From Aureliella sp. (GTDB lineage: Bacteria; Planctomycetota; Planctomycetia; Pirellulales; Pirellulaceae), in the NCBI GenBank assembly GCA_963691875.1, contig OY829846.1, positions 1,504,001-1,568,000 on the forward strand: DNA of 64,000 nt. The letters run 5' to 3'. Below, one piece after another: positions 31,637-41,763 of the stretch. Position numbers and translations under genes: made by a program. Each line of letters begins with the position of its first letter. Position 1 is the stretch's first letter. The notes below the pieces were generated by a model, which did not search any database, was not told the origin of the DNA, and saw nothing but the letters and a program-made list of their open reading frames with translations.

Positions 31637-32899
31637 TCAGTAATCCCTCGAAGTTATCAATTCTGCAGCAATGCTGTCGCAGGCTTGAGGTGGAACGCTG
31701 CCAAAGCAGTTGGTCGCCACCAACACGAAGAACTCTCTTTTTGGAGCCACCCAGGCAACACAGTACCAGGTGGTGTTCGAGCTGGCATGATTCAGCACTT
31801 CTCCTCCCCCCCACTCTCTGTCAAGTAGGATCCAGCCACCAGCATAGCGCATCCCGCTTTCTAACCTGGTTCTGGTAAGTTCCCGCCAAATCTCTTCTTT
31901 GATTCCCAATTTTTCGATAGTTGGCTTGGCAGAAGCAAAAAGCGTCACAAACTTAGCCCAGTCTTTCATGGTCATGTGGCAGCGGCCAGCAGGCCCCAGA
32001 GGCACTGCATTGTCAATTCGCTTCGGCTCCCATCCTGCCCGGGAGGAACCGCCCAGCAGGCCCTGTTGAAGTCCTGTGACGGATGGTTTCGCTTTATGTC
32101 CCCAAGGCTGAGACAGTGCTTCCTTGCCTATGACAGGCCCAAAGCCTGCCGAATCCATCTTTAAAGGGATGAAGAGTTTCGCTTTGATGACTCTCTCCCA
32201 ACTCTGCTGCTCCAATTGCTCGACAATATGCCCGAGGAGACAATAGCCAATGTTGGAGTAAGAGTATTGGGGCTCTGCGGACCGTTTCCTCGCTTGCAGC
32301 CATTCCAGCACCGCCCTGCGACCAGCGACCAGGTCATGGGGATGCTCTCGCTGAATGTCGTACCAATTCAGATCCTTGGGAGCACCACTGCGATGCTCGA
32401 GTAATTGCCGCACCGTGACTCGGCCCCAGTCACCTGCTTGAAGCTGTTCCAAATCGTCAAAGATCTCTTTCAGTCTTGTATCCCAATCAAGCTTGCCGCT
32501 AGAAATGAGCTGTTCAATGAGAGTCGCCGTCATGGCCTTTGCACAAGAGCCCAGATGAATCAGGTCGTTGTTACCAACCTGCATTGTCGCGTTGGCTCTT
32601 CGTAATCCTGAGGCAGCGAGAACAAGATTTTCGCTGACCTCACCATCACTCAGAGTCGCTTTGGCGGCCCACACTGCTGGGAGCCCATGCTTCGCGCGCG
32701 TTTCCTGCAAGAATGACTCGAGTTTCTTGGCCTTGCTGGGCAACTCCTCGCGAACAGATCTTTCCTCCTGTGAGCCTGTCGTAACTTGACCTTGAGCTTG
32801 GAGCGAAAGAGGAGGACTTCCAACGCAACTAAGGATCATGCAGATCGGCGGCACATACCGACGTGCCAGCCGCTTCCTTACTCGTCCCATTGTGCCCAT
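31637..32899 (-). CDS. Serine hydrolase, beta-lactamase/class C-like family
   Basis: SxxK (GSCAK), LLEHRSG, YSYSNIGY and GPAG. Signal peptide. Start uncertain. Confidence 0.88.
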   Translation of the reverse strand: MGTMGRVRKRLARRYVPPICMILSCVGSPPLSLQAQGQVTTGSQEERSVREELPSKAKKLESFLQETRAKHGLPAVWAAKATLSDGEVSENLVLAASGLRRANATMQVGNNDLIHLGSCAKAMTATLIEQLISSGKLDWDTRLKEIFDDLEQLQAGDWGRVTVRQLLEHRSGAPKDLNWYDIQREHPHDLVAGRRAVLEWLQARKRSAEPQYSYSNIGYCLLGHIVEQLEQQSWERVIKAKLFIPLKMDSAGFGPVIGKEALSQPWGHKAKPSVTGLQQGLLGGSSRAGWEPKRIDNAVPLGPAGRCHMTMKDWAKFVTLFASAKPTIEKLGIKEEIWRELTRTRLESGMRYAGGWILLDREWGGGEVLNHASSNTTWYCVAWVAPKREFFVLVATNCFGSVPPQACDSIAAELITSRDY

Positions 32900-33107
32900 T
32901 TCGCCATGTATGGAAGAAGATCCGAATTTTTTTTGATAGCATCTCATTTTGTACTCACCCGACTTCAGTATTTGGACATCTTCACAAACCCTTAACTGAA
33001 AATAAGTTAGGTCTTCACATTAGTCCCCATGTTACTGGGCCTCAAAGGGCCTAGTTTCGCCCCAAGTACTTTGCTCCAGTGCACTTAAGGCGTTTTGCGA
33101 ACCGAGT

Positions 33108-33135
33108 TTGACACAGCAAGAAGATCCCGTAAACT
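33108..33135 (+). promoter_or_regulatory. Sigma70-type promoter for nrdJ
   Basis: TTGACA (33108-33113), 16-nt spacer, TAAACT (33130-33135), directly upstream of the NrdR boxes. Confidence 0.65.
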
Positions 33136-33143
33136 CTGCAAAA

Positions 33144-33190
33144 GTCCTAGATGTTGTGGCTGAGAAATCGCGATACACTACAGGTAGTGG
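33144..33190 (+). promoter_or_regulatory. Tandem NrdR boxes
   Basis: gtcctagatgttgtgg (33144) and acactacaggtagtgg (33175) resemble the acaCwAtATaTwGtg consensus. They start 31 bp apart and lie upstream of a ribonucleotide reductase gene. Confidence 0.85.
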
Positions 33191-33552
33191 TTGAGCACCC
33201 TTTCTCAGATACGAAAAACATCTATTTCAGGAATCTTGAAGCGGGCGGAGTTGCCCCCACAAAGAATCCAACGACAACCATGATGGTGAACGTAGGTTCA
33301 GTATTTCTTATCTTGAGTACATCTTAGCGAGTAGCTTGGAGGCACGCAGTTAGTCGTCCGCCAGTTTGCGTCTGGCGGGTCAGGGAAGAGTTGTTATCGA
33401 TCGGCTTTATTGAGGCTTTTTATCCATCCTCTATGGCGCGTACGCCACTTCGATTGAAAGCGATTTACAAACCGTCTAATTGAGTTCTGATTGAGCGTGG
33501 TGAGGGAATGTCACTCGGGAACATATGATCTAGCTTCTAAGGAGTTTCATGA

Positions 33553-36552
33553 ATGGCGACTGTGGAATTGCGTCGAAAGGGCCGTAGCACGAGATCCGAA
33601 AAGGCAGCTGCCACAAAGGCATCGAAGCCACGGAGTACGTCCAAAGCCTCTAAAAAGACAGCCAAGGAAGGCTTGACGATCGAGTTGCGCAATTGCCCTG
33701 CGGAAACCGACCCCTTCGACACAGTGCGGTGGGAAGTTCGCAGTGCAGCGATTAAGGATGAAAACGGTAACGCTCTGTTCGAGCAAACCGATTGCGAGGT
33801 TCCAGAATCCTGGAGCCAATTAGCGACGAATGTCGTTGTTAGTAAATATTTCTATGGCGAGCCGGGAACCGAAGAGCGTGAAAACAGCGTGCGTCAACTG
33901 ATTCACCGCGTGACCCGGACGATCGCTGATTGGGGAATCGCCGACGGCTACTTTGATAGTGCCGAAGACGGCGAGAATTTCTATCGTGAACTTTCCTGGC
34001 TGTGCTTGCACCAACATGGCGCTTTCAATTCACCAGTTTGGTTCAACGTTGGTTTGTGGCAAGAGTATGGTGTCACGGGTGCGAAGTGCACATGGAATTA
34101 CAATCCAGAAACTGACATCGTTGAGCAGCCTGAGAATCCTTACGAGTATCCGCAAGGCTCTGCATGTTTTATCCAAAGCGTGGATGACAACATGGAAGAC
34201 ATCATGCGTCTGGCAAGCAGCGAAGCAATGTTGTTCAAATTTGGTAGCGGAACTGGTACGGACTTGTCCACCATTCGAAGCTCGCGCGAAAAGCTTTCAG
34301 GTGGTGGGACTCCATCCGGCCCTCTTTCCTTTATGCGAGTTTATGACTCCATCGCTGGAGTCATAAAGAGTGGCGGCAAGACTCGTCGCGCCGCGAAGAT
34401 GCAGTCGCTGAAGGTTTCTCACCCAGACGTCATGGAGTTCATCCAGTCGAAGTGGGGCGAAGAGCAAAAGGCTCACGCCTTGATCCGCGAAGGCTACGAA
34501 GCGAACTTTAATGGCGAAGCTTACTCGTCTGTCTGCTTCCAAAATGCGAACCTCTCTGTCCGCATCAGCGATGACTTCATGGATTGTGTCCGCGAAGGAC
34601 AAGAATGGACCACGACTTGGGTAAGTGAAAAGGCCTCCGGCACTCCGCCAACCTACGATGCTCGTAGTGTCCTCGACGCGATGGCAGATTGTGCTTGGAA
34701 CTGCGGTGATCCAGGTGTGCAATACGACACCACGATCAACGATTGGCACACTTGCTCCAACGATGGTCCGATCAACGCCAGCAATCCTTGCTCCGAATAC
34801 ATGTTCTTGGACAACACGGCTTGCAACTTGGCCAGCATCAACTTGATGAAATATCGCAAGGAAGATGGCTCGTTCGATGTCGACGGCTTCACGACGACTT
34901 GCCGTATGTTCTTTATCGCACAAGAAATCTTGGTTGACCACGCGAGCTATCCGACAGCTCCTATCGCTAAGAACAGCCACTTGTACCGACCACTTGGGTT
35001 AGGTTACTCCAATCTCGGCAGCTTCGTCATGACTTCGGGTGCGGCTTACGATTCGGACGAGGCCCGCGGCATTTGCGGTTCGATCACCGCACTGCTTCAC
35101 GGCTCTGCGAATCTTGCATCGGCAGAAATGGCTGGCGTAGTCGGCCCGTTTGCTCGTTACGAAGCGAACCAAGAGCCGATGCAACGCGTGATGCGAATGC
35201 ACCGTGATGCAACCGAGGAGATCGAAGATGCAGGTCCTGCTTACCTGAAGGAAGCTGCCCAAGACTTGTGGGACAAGGTCATCGAGCTGGGCGATCGCTA
35301 TGGCTATCGCAACGCTCAAGCTACAGTTCTGGCTCCAACCGGTACGATCAGCTTTATGATGGACTGCGACACCACAGGAATCGAGCCAGATATTGCATTG
35401 GTGAAATACAAGCAGCTCGCTGGTGGCGGCATGCTCAAGATCGTCAACAAATCCGTTGCAGACGGTTTGGCGACCATGGGCTACACCGAAGACCAAGTTA
35501 AGTCTATCATCGAATACGTTGACGAGAACGACACGATCGAAGGCGCTCCATTCATCAAGGATGAGCACTTGCCAGTATTTGATTGTGCCTTCAAGCCAGC
35601 GAAGGGAACACGCAGTATTCCTTGGCAAGCTCACGTGCAGATGATGGCTGCCGCTCAGCCATTCTTGTCTGGTGCGATCAGCAAGACAGTTAACATGCCG
35701 AATGATGTTACTCCCAAGGACATCGCGGATGCTTACTTCTGGGGCTGGGAACTTGGCTTGAAGGCGATCGCAATTTACCGCGATGGCTCAAAGCAAAGCC
35801 AGCCGCTGAATACCAGCACCGAGGAATCGAAAGAGGAAGAAGCAGCAGTTGTCGAAAAGGTAGTTTACAAGCCACGTCGCGAACGACTGCCTGACACTCG
35901 TCAATCCATCACTCACAAGTTTAATATCTCGGGGCACGAAGGCTACTTGAACGTTGGCTTGTATCCGGATGGACGTCCTGGCGAATTGTTCATCACGATG
36001 GCCAAAGAAGGTTCGACCGTCGGCGGCTTGATGGACAGCTTTGGTACTGCAATTTCGATGTCACTCCAGTACGGTGTACCGATAGAAGTATTGGTCAACA
36101 AATTCAGTCACACTCGTTTCGAACCCATGGGGCACACCACGAACCCAGACATTCGAATCGCCAAGAGTATGGTGGACTACATCTTCCGCTGGATGGGTAT
36201 CAACTTCCTTGCTGGATATCGCGAAGCAGCGACTGGACAGCTCAAGGCGGAAACGCCAGCTCCTGCCGTGACTGACCAAGCCTCCAAGGCGGACGGCAAT
36301 ACGGCTCCTGTCGAAACAATTGAAGTCGAAACTTCAGCTTGTGCCGGTGGCAGCGACATCGTTGACGCTCAAAGCCTAGAGCCAGCGGGCGTTGCAATCG
36401 CTGAGCCGGCCACCAACTCTGGCACGCAAAAGGAACAGTTCGCCGGATTCCAATCCGATGCACCAAGCTGCGACAACTGCGGTTCAATCACGGTTCGCAA
36501 TGGCAACTGCTACTTGTGCCACAACTGCGGTAACTCGATGGGCTGCAGCTAG
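33553..36552 (+). CDS. nrdJ: Class II (adenosylcobalamin-dependent) ribonucleotide reductase with a C-terminal TSCPD-like domain and Zn ribbon
   Basis: SACFI, NASNPCSEY, CNLASINL, APTGTIS, ISKTVN, YRDGSK and C-terminal CDNCG..CYLCHNCG. AAGGAG RBS. Confidence 0.96.
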   Translation: MATVELRRKGRSTRSEKAAATKASKPRSTSKASKKTAKEGLTIELRNCPAETDPFDTVRWEVRSAAIKDENGNALFEQTDCEVPESWSQLATNVVVSKYFYGEPGTEERENSVRQLIHRVTRTIADWGIADGYFDSAEDGENFYRELSWLCLHQHGAFNSPVWFNVGLWQEYGVTGAKCTWNYNPETDIVEQPENPYEYPQGSACFIQSVDDNMEDIMRLASSEAMLFKFGSGTGTDLSTIRSSREKLSGGGTPSGPLSFMRVYDSIAGVIKSGGKTRRAAKMQSLKVSHPDVMEFIQSKWGEEQKAHALIREGYEANFNGEAYSSVCFQNANLSVRISDDFMDCVREGQEWTTTWVSEKASGTPPTYDARSVLDAMADCAWNCGDPGVQYDTTINDWHTCSNDGPINASNPCSEYMFLDNTACNLASINLMKYRKEDGSFDVDGFTTTCRMFFIAQEILVDHASYPTAPIAKNSHLYRPLGLGYSNLGSFVMTSGAAYDSDEARGICGSITALLHGSANLASAEMAGVVGPFARYEANQEPMQRVMRMHRDATEEIEDAGPAYLKEAAQDLWDKVIELGDRYGYRNAQATVLAPTGTISFMMDCDTTGIEPDIALVKYKQLAGGGMLKIVNKSVADGLATMGYTEDQVKSIIEYVDENDTIEGAPFIKDEHLPVFDCAFKPAKGTRSIPWQAHVQMMAAAQPFLSGAISKTVNMPNDVTPKDIADAYFWGWELGLKAIAIYRDGSKQSQPLNTSTEESKEEEAAVVEKVVYKPRRERLPDTRQSITHKFNISGHEGYLNVGLYPDGRPGELFITMAKEGSTVGGLMDSFGTAISMSLQYGVPIEVLVNKFSHTRFEPMGHTTNPDIRIAKSMVDYIFRWMGINFLAGYREAATGQLKAETPAPAVTDQASKADGNTAPVETIEVETSACAGGSDIVDAQSLEPAGVAIAEPATNSGTQKEQFAGFQSDAPSCDNCGSITVRNGNCYLCHNCGNSMGCS

Positions 36553-36580
36553 CACGCTGAACCCGAACGCATGTACTCTC

Positions 36581-36612
36581 AAAACTCCGCATCATTCTGG
36601 TGTGGAGTTTTT
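36581..36612 (+). terminator. Rho-independent terminator after nrdJ
   Basis: aaaactccgcatca-ttc-tggtgtggagttttt. Confidence 0.75.
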
Positions 36613-36662
36613 CTTATAATGCAGCCAGTGACACAAATTCCCCGCAACTTTCGGGAACGAAC

Positions 36663-37034
36663 ATGGCGGTTCAGCACATCCACCACGAAATCAACTACAT
36701 CGAATTCTCGGTCACCGATCTCGAAAAAGCGAAACAGTTTTATGGAGCTGCTTTCGGTTGGAAATTTACCGACTATGGTCCCGAGTACGTGGGAATCCCA
36801 AAGCATGATGGTGAAGGCGAAATCGCTGGAATGTGCAAAGTGGATTTCGTCACTTCTGGCGGACCACTCGTCGTCTTGTATTCCAAAGACCTCGACGCCT
36901 CTCTTACTTCGGTTAAAGAAGCTGGCGCCGAGTTGACCGTCGACATCACAGCCTTCCCTGGTGGTCGTCGATTTCAATTCCACGATCCTTTTGGCAATGA
37001 ACTCGCCGTTTGGTCAGACGATCAAGTTAATTAA
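36663..37034 (+). CDS. VOC/glyoxalase family protein
   Basis: INYIEF..TDLEKAKQFY...FGW and FPGGRRFQFHDPFGNELAVW. Confidence 0.9.
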   Translation: MAVQHIHHEINYIEFSVTDLEKAKQFYGAAFGWKFTDYGPEYVGIPKHDGEGEIAGMCKVDFVTSGGPLVVLYSKDLDASLTSVKEAGAELTVDITAFPGGRRFQFHDPFGNELAVWSDDQVN

Positions 37035-37112
37035 GATTTGCAACGCGAGATAAGCTTCCACATGGGATAAACTTCTAGCTTGTCAGCCGCTCCCCCCTCT
37101 TATTACAAACAT

Positions 37113-37481
37113 ATGTCCCCCAAACCAATCAAGCTCAGCGACAAACTCTCGTTGTTCTCCGACCACTGGCACCCGCGCATCGTCGCTGAGCTCAATGGCC
37201 AGCAAGTCAAACTTGCAAAGTTACTCGGAGAATTCGAATGGCACTCACACAAACAGGAGGATGAGCTGTTCCTCGTAATTGAAGGCTCACTTGAAATCGA
37301 GCTTGAGAATGCGCCAACCGCCAAACTGGGACCTGGCGAAATGCTTGTAGTTCCTCGTGGTGTGCAGCACCGTCCAGTCGCCAAGGAAGAAGTCTCGGTG
37401 ATGCTGTTTGAGCCAAGCACAACCGTGAATACCGGCGACAACCCCTCCGATCGCACACGAGACGAGTTGGATTGGATCTAG
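37113..37481 (+). CDS. Cupin domain protein
   Basis: GEFEWHSHKQEDELF and PRGVQHRP. Confidence 0.9.
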   Translation: MSPKPIKLSDKLSLFSDHWHPRIVAELNGQQVKLAKLLGEFEWHSHKQEDELFLVIEGSLEIELENAPTAKLGPGEMLVVPRGVQHRPVAKEEVSVMLFEPSTTVNTGDNPSDRTRDELDWI

Positions 37482-37506
37482 TCACACCTACAAGTGGCAT
37501 TCGAGG

Positions 37507-38655
37507 TCAAGCTCTTCCTCGCCAAGCAATCGGTTGCATTCCTAATTGTTCTCGCATTAGCGCAGTCCACTGCAAGAGCATGAACGCCGCGACTGCGACG
37601 GGATGCAAAACTGCACTCACGAGTGGATGCTTCATTCTTCCTTGAATGCAAAAGGCACCAACCCAATTTACTGCCGTTGCTGTAGCCAACACGAAAGTCG
37701 CCGTTATCCCAAGTGTGCCTTCGGCTGGCCAGCCCCAGAAGAGTGCGTGTGCCAGGCCGAGAAGTGGTAGCACGCTGCCACCGATCAGGAGAACAGTGAA
37801 GACCGGAATCAACTTCCAGTTGGCGAATCCTTCCGTCGCGTTTTTCAGCAGCCCATTGCGAACTTGGGGCCAGCCCTCGTACATTCGAACCTCAGCCAAA
37901 TGTGATGCATCCACTAGATCGGAAGAAAAGCCTGCCGCACGAAAACTACGAGGCAGTTTCAATCCGTCGTGCCGCGAGCCATGAATCGCTTTGTGACCTC
38001 CAGCGTCAAAATAGGCTTTCCTGCGAGCAAGAAACAACTGACCGCAACCTGCACCGAACTTGGGATCATTATTTGCCCTCATTTGATCGAGCGGCAAATA
38101 GCCAAGCAGTACGTAGTACATCATCGGAATCAGCATGCGTTCGCTCAGCGTCCCCAGAATCTGTTTGGGAAATCCACTGAGCAAGTCGAGATCGCGCTGC
38201 TGGATCAACTGCGCTAGCTGGTGGACGCAAACTGGTTGGACATGAACATCAGCATCGAGAAACAACAGCAAGTCATGCTTAGCGTGCTCCGCGAGCTGCC
38301 AGCAGGCATGTTGCTTGCCGTTCCAACCTTCAGGCAGCTTTTTTGACTGCTCGAGCCTAAGGCGATCGTCCTTGACAGCCAAACGATTCACAATCGCCGC
38401 GGTCTCATCCTCTGAGTGATCGTCGAGTACGATCACTTCGAGACTTTGATAATGGCTGGCCAAAACGCTCGTCAACGTTGCCTCGATACCTGCCGCTTCA
38501 TTGCGTGCCGGAATAAGGAGAGAGACGCCGGGCCGCTCCACAACCGCCTCGCTTTCTTTGCTCGGAAATTGGAAAAGTGGGAAATTTCGAATGATCAGCA
38601 GTGTTGGCAGTGCTGCGAGCAGTAGAACGAAGATCGAAAATGCCAAGTGAAGCAT
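37507..38655 (-). CDS. Membrane glycosyltransferase family 2 (carotenoid/hopanoid GT-like)
   Basis: IPARNE, DDHSED.T, GWNGKQHAC, FLDAD, VRMY.GW and C-terminal WRGR. Confidence 0.88.
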   Translation of the reverse strand: MLHLAFSIFVLLLAALPTLLIIRNFPLFQFPSKESEAVVERPGVSLLIPARNEAAGIEATLTSVLASHYQSLEVIVLDDHSEDETAAIVNRLAVKDDRLRLEQSKKLPEGWNGKQHACWQLAEHAKHDLLLFLDADVHVQPVCVHQLAQLIQQRDLDLLSGFPKQILGTLSERMLIPMMYYVLLGYLPLDQMRANNDPKFGAGCGQLFLARRKAYFDAGGHKAIHGSRHDGLKLPRSFRAAGFSSDLVDASHLAEVRMYEGWPQVRNGLLKNATEGFANWKLIPVFTVLLIGGSVLPLLGLAHALFWGWPAEGTLGITATFVLATATAVNWVGAFCIQGRMKHPLVSAVLHPVAVAAFMLLQWTALMREQLGMQPIAWRGRA

Positions 38656-38940
38656 GGAACATGGAGTATTTAGGGTGCAATTTTCTGCAATCCCAACCCG
38701 AAGGTTGAGCGAGGATCCAGTAATTCTCACAAGATCGGCTAGCAGTTACAAACAGTATTGTCACTGCGGCGAGGCCGTCTTGTATAGGGGAGACAATCGT
38801 GCCGGGCAACGTCGCAACACCAACGATTCTGACTCCGCCAATTCCGCTGCCGGTGGAGGAGACCACGCATCCGGACTATTATGTCGGCTCTTCTCATATT
38901 GGCGATGTGCCCATTTTTCTTCCTCAGGAAACTAACACCC

Positions 38941-40449
38941 ATGCCTTCTCTGAATCGCTGTGCTTTGGTGGCGCGAACTTTACTATTCACCAGCCTCTCG
39001 ATTACTTGCGTGACATCAGGGGGCGAGCTACTCGCGGCCGAACCTACAAAGCGGCCGAACGTTGTCTTGATTCTGGTAGATGACCTCGGTTGGCGAGACT
39101 GGTCCTCGGCTGGAAATGAAATCTGCGTTACGCCAACTCTCGACAAACTGGCTCGCGAGGGTATGCACTTCACTCAAGCATATGCTGCTTGTGCTGTGTG
39201 CTCGCCAACACGAGCCGCGGTTCAAACAGGTCGCTATCCAGGTCGTGTCGGTGTCACAGACTGGATTCGTTCGCAATTCCAACGACCGGGAGGCAAAACT
39301 CCTAAAGCCAATCCCACCAAGTACATCGGTGGAGCCAAGAACAAAGTGCTCTGTCCGCCAAATCCGTTTTGGATGGAATCGGATGAAATCACGCTAGCGG
39401 AAATGCTACGCCCCGCTGGCTATCACACTGCCTACATTGGCAAGTGGCATTTAGGAGACGAAGCTTGGTATCCCGAACACCAAGGCTTCGAAGTGAACTT
39501 TGGCGGATGCGACTACGGTCAGCCACCGAACTATTTTGATCCCTTCAATCAACCCAGAGGCCGGCACCAATCCTTGCGGGATGGAATCTTCAAACTGCCT
39601 TCGCGGGATCCCGGCGAGTACCTGACCGATCGCGAAGCCGACGAAGCTTGCAAGTTGATCCGGCAGTGGAAAGACGAGCCCTTTTTCATCCAACTCTCGC
39701 ACTATGCCGTTCACACTCCGATTCAAGCTCCGAAGGATCACATCGACAAGTACCTTAAACATGGTGTGAATCGCCAACAAGCAACCTACGCCGCCATGGT
39801 CGAATCAGTCGACCGAGCGCTCGCAAAAGTGCAAGTGACTTTGCGTGAGTTGGAGTTAGAAGAGAAAACCATCATCTGGTTCACCAGCGACAACGGCGGC
39901 TTGGACAATGGCAAAGGCGTGCCCACCGAGAACTTGCCGCTTCGACAAGGAAAAGGGCACCCCTACGAAGGCGGCATTCGTATTCCTACTATCGTTTCCT
40001 GGCCCGGCGTCGTACCTGCGAGCGCAAGCTCCAACACTCCTATTTGCTCGATCGATATTTTGCCCACATTGACCGAATGTTGCGGAGTTGAGACTCCAAA
40101 CGGTCATGTGATCGATGGAGTATCTCTGAAAAATCACTTGGTTTCTGGAGGCAAAGAAGATTTGGTCAGTCGCCCACTAATATGGCACTTTCCACACTAT
40201 CGAGGCAGCATCACTCCCTACAGTATCATCCGCGATGGCGACTGGAAGCTGCTTCACTACTATGCGGGCAAGAATGGCAAAGGTGCTGGGAGCGAGCTTT
40301 ATAATTTGGCCAGCGATCCAGGCGAACGCAAAAATGTGATCGACGCGAATCCCGAGTTGGCGGAGCGTCTAAAGCGATCGTTGATGACTGAATTGAATTC
40401 AATGAACGCCAAGTTGCCCCGCGAGAACCCGAACTACTCTGGCAAGTAA
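38941..40449 (+). CDS. Sulfatase (Cys-type)
   Basis: NVVLILVDDLG, CSPTRA, GKWHLG, SDNGG and YEGGIR. Confidence 0.93.
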   Translation: MPSLNRCALVARTLLFTSLSITCVTSGGELLAAEPTKRPNVVLILVDDLGWRDWSSAGNEICVTPTLDKLAREGMHFTQAYAACAVCSPTRAAVQTGRYPGRVGVTDWIRSQFQRPGGKTPKANPTKYIGGAKNKVLCPPNPFWMESDEITLAEMLRPAGYHTAYIGKWHLGDEAWYPEHQGFEVNFGGCDYGQPPNYFDPFNQPRGRHQSLRDGIFKLPSRDPGEYLTDREADEACKLIRQWKDEPFFIQLSHYAVHTPIQAPKDHIDKYLKHGVNRQQATYAAMVESVDRALAKVQVTLRELELEEKTIIWFTSDNGGLDNGKGVPTENLPLRQGKGHPYEGGIRIPTIVSWPGVVPASASSNTPICSIDILPTLTECCGVETPNGHVIDGVSLKNHLVSGGKEDLVSRPLIWHFPHYRGSITPYSIIRDGDWKLLHYYAGKNGKGAGSELYNLASDPGERKNVIDANPELAERLKRSLMTELNSMNAKLPRENPNYSGK

Positions 40450-40459
40450 TCTAAGCCTG

Positions 40460-41320
40460 ATGTTGTTATTTGGTGCTGTCAGCCTGGTTCTCGTCGCCTT
40501 TGCCGCCAACTCGCTGCTTTGCCGACTTGCCCTGGAGCGGGGGGCGATCGATCCTGTTTCGTTCACAGCAATTCGGCTAGTAGCAGGAGCGGTGATGCTG
40601 GCCGTGTGCTCAGCCCGGCGCAAAACAGGTCCAGCGGGTGACGCGATCGCTTGGTGGCCCGCTATTAGTCTGTTTGGGTATGCGATTCTGTTCTCGGTCG
40701 CCTATCAATGGCTGAGTGCAGCGACTGGTGCGCTCGCCCTCTTTGGTGCGGTTCAAATTACGATGCTGATCTTTGCCAAGATGCGAGGTGAGTCGGTTCG
40801 AGGCGTCCAGTGGTTGGGATTCGCACTGGCCAACGCGGGCCTTCTTTACTTGCTTCTTCCAGGAGTGAAATCACCTTCACTGTTGGGCCTAGTGATGATG
40901 TGTGGATCCGGCGTTTCCTGGGGCGTCTACTCAGCTCTTGGGAAGAATGCAAAGGATCCTATCCTTGCGACTGCCATGAATTTTCGTCGGGCTTCATGGT
41001 TCGCAATTCCAATTTGCCTATTTGTTGCCACTCAGCTTCGTGCCGAAGCAGTGGGAGTCGTGCTTGCGTGTGTTTCCGGCGCGATCACTTCAGGACTCGG
41101 CTACGTCGGCTGGTATAGCGTCTTGCCAAGACTATCGACAAGCCAAGCTTCACTTGCACAACTGTTGGTACCTGTAATTGCTGCCGTAGGGGCGGTTTTG
41201 TTCTTACGTGAGGAGTTACGATTGCATTTGCTGATCGCTGGTGCTTTGATTCTTGGTGGAATAGCGATCCCGTTTCTTTCGACTCCATCAGCGACCTCGA
41301 CTCATCAAGGTGATGCGTAA
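40460..41320 (+). CDS. DMT/EamA family transporter
   Basis: About 10 TM helices, AFAANSLLCR and QLLVPVIAA...LREE. Confidence 0.88.
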   Translation: MLLFGAVSLVLVAFAANSLLCRLALERGAIDPVSFTAIRLVAGAVMLAVCSARRKTGPAGDAIAWWPAISLFGYAILFSVAYQWLSAATGALALFGAVQITMLIFAKMRGESVRGVQWLGFALANAGLLYLLLPGVKSPSLLGLVMMCGSGVSWGVYSALGKNAKDPILATAMNFRRASWFAIPICLFVATQLRAEAVGVVLACVSGAITSGLGYVGWYSVLPRLSTSQASLAQLLVPVIAAVGAVLFLREELRLHLLIAGALILGGIAIPFLSTPSATSTHQGDA

Positions 41321-41763
41321 GTAAATGTACTCATAAAACTAAATGGAGATGGACAATAAGACCAAACACAACCTTTGCTAGCACACCACCTAGTACAGTA
41401 GAAACCGCTTGGCACCAAATCTAGTTATCTTATTGACTTCGGTTCAGACTAGGTTAATTTCATGCTCGTTGTTGGCTCGAACGCCAACTAAACCTACCTA
41501 CCTTCAGTTGGCTCTCGCCGAGACTATTCGCAAGGAAAAGCGACTCAGTTTTTTACACACTCGAAATGCCGTCTGTCACCTAGATAATTGGCTCTGAAGA
41601 ACTCGACTGACGCATTTTGCAGGGAACGCAAATTCGACGTGAAGTATCTCGTCCATTTACAAGACCAGGATGAAGTCTGACAGACTCCCGAGCTTAGGGA
41701 TTCCGCTCGTGAAGGGAAGCTGAAGGTTACTCTTTCCACTGTATCTGATGAAGGATTTTTCAG

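Noticed and set aside
33190..33552. Cobalamin riboswitch upstream of nrdJ
   Set aside because: Only isolated fragments (agggaa, gccccc) are present. There is no correctly ordered core such as gccactg or the B12 box.
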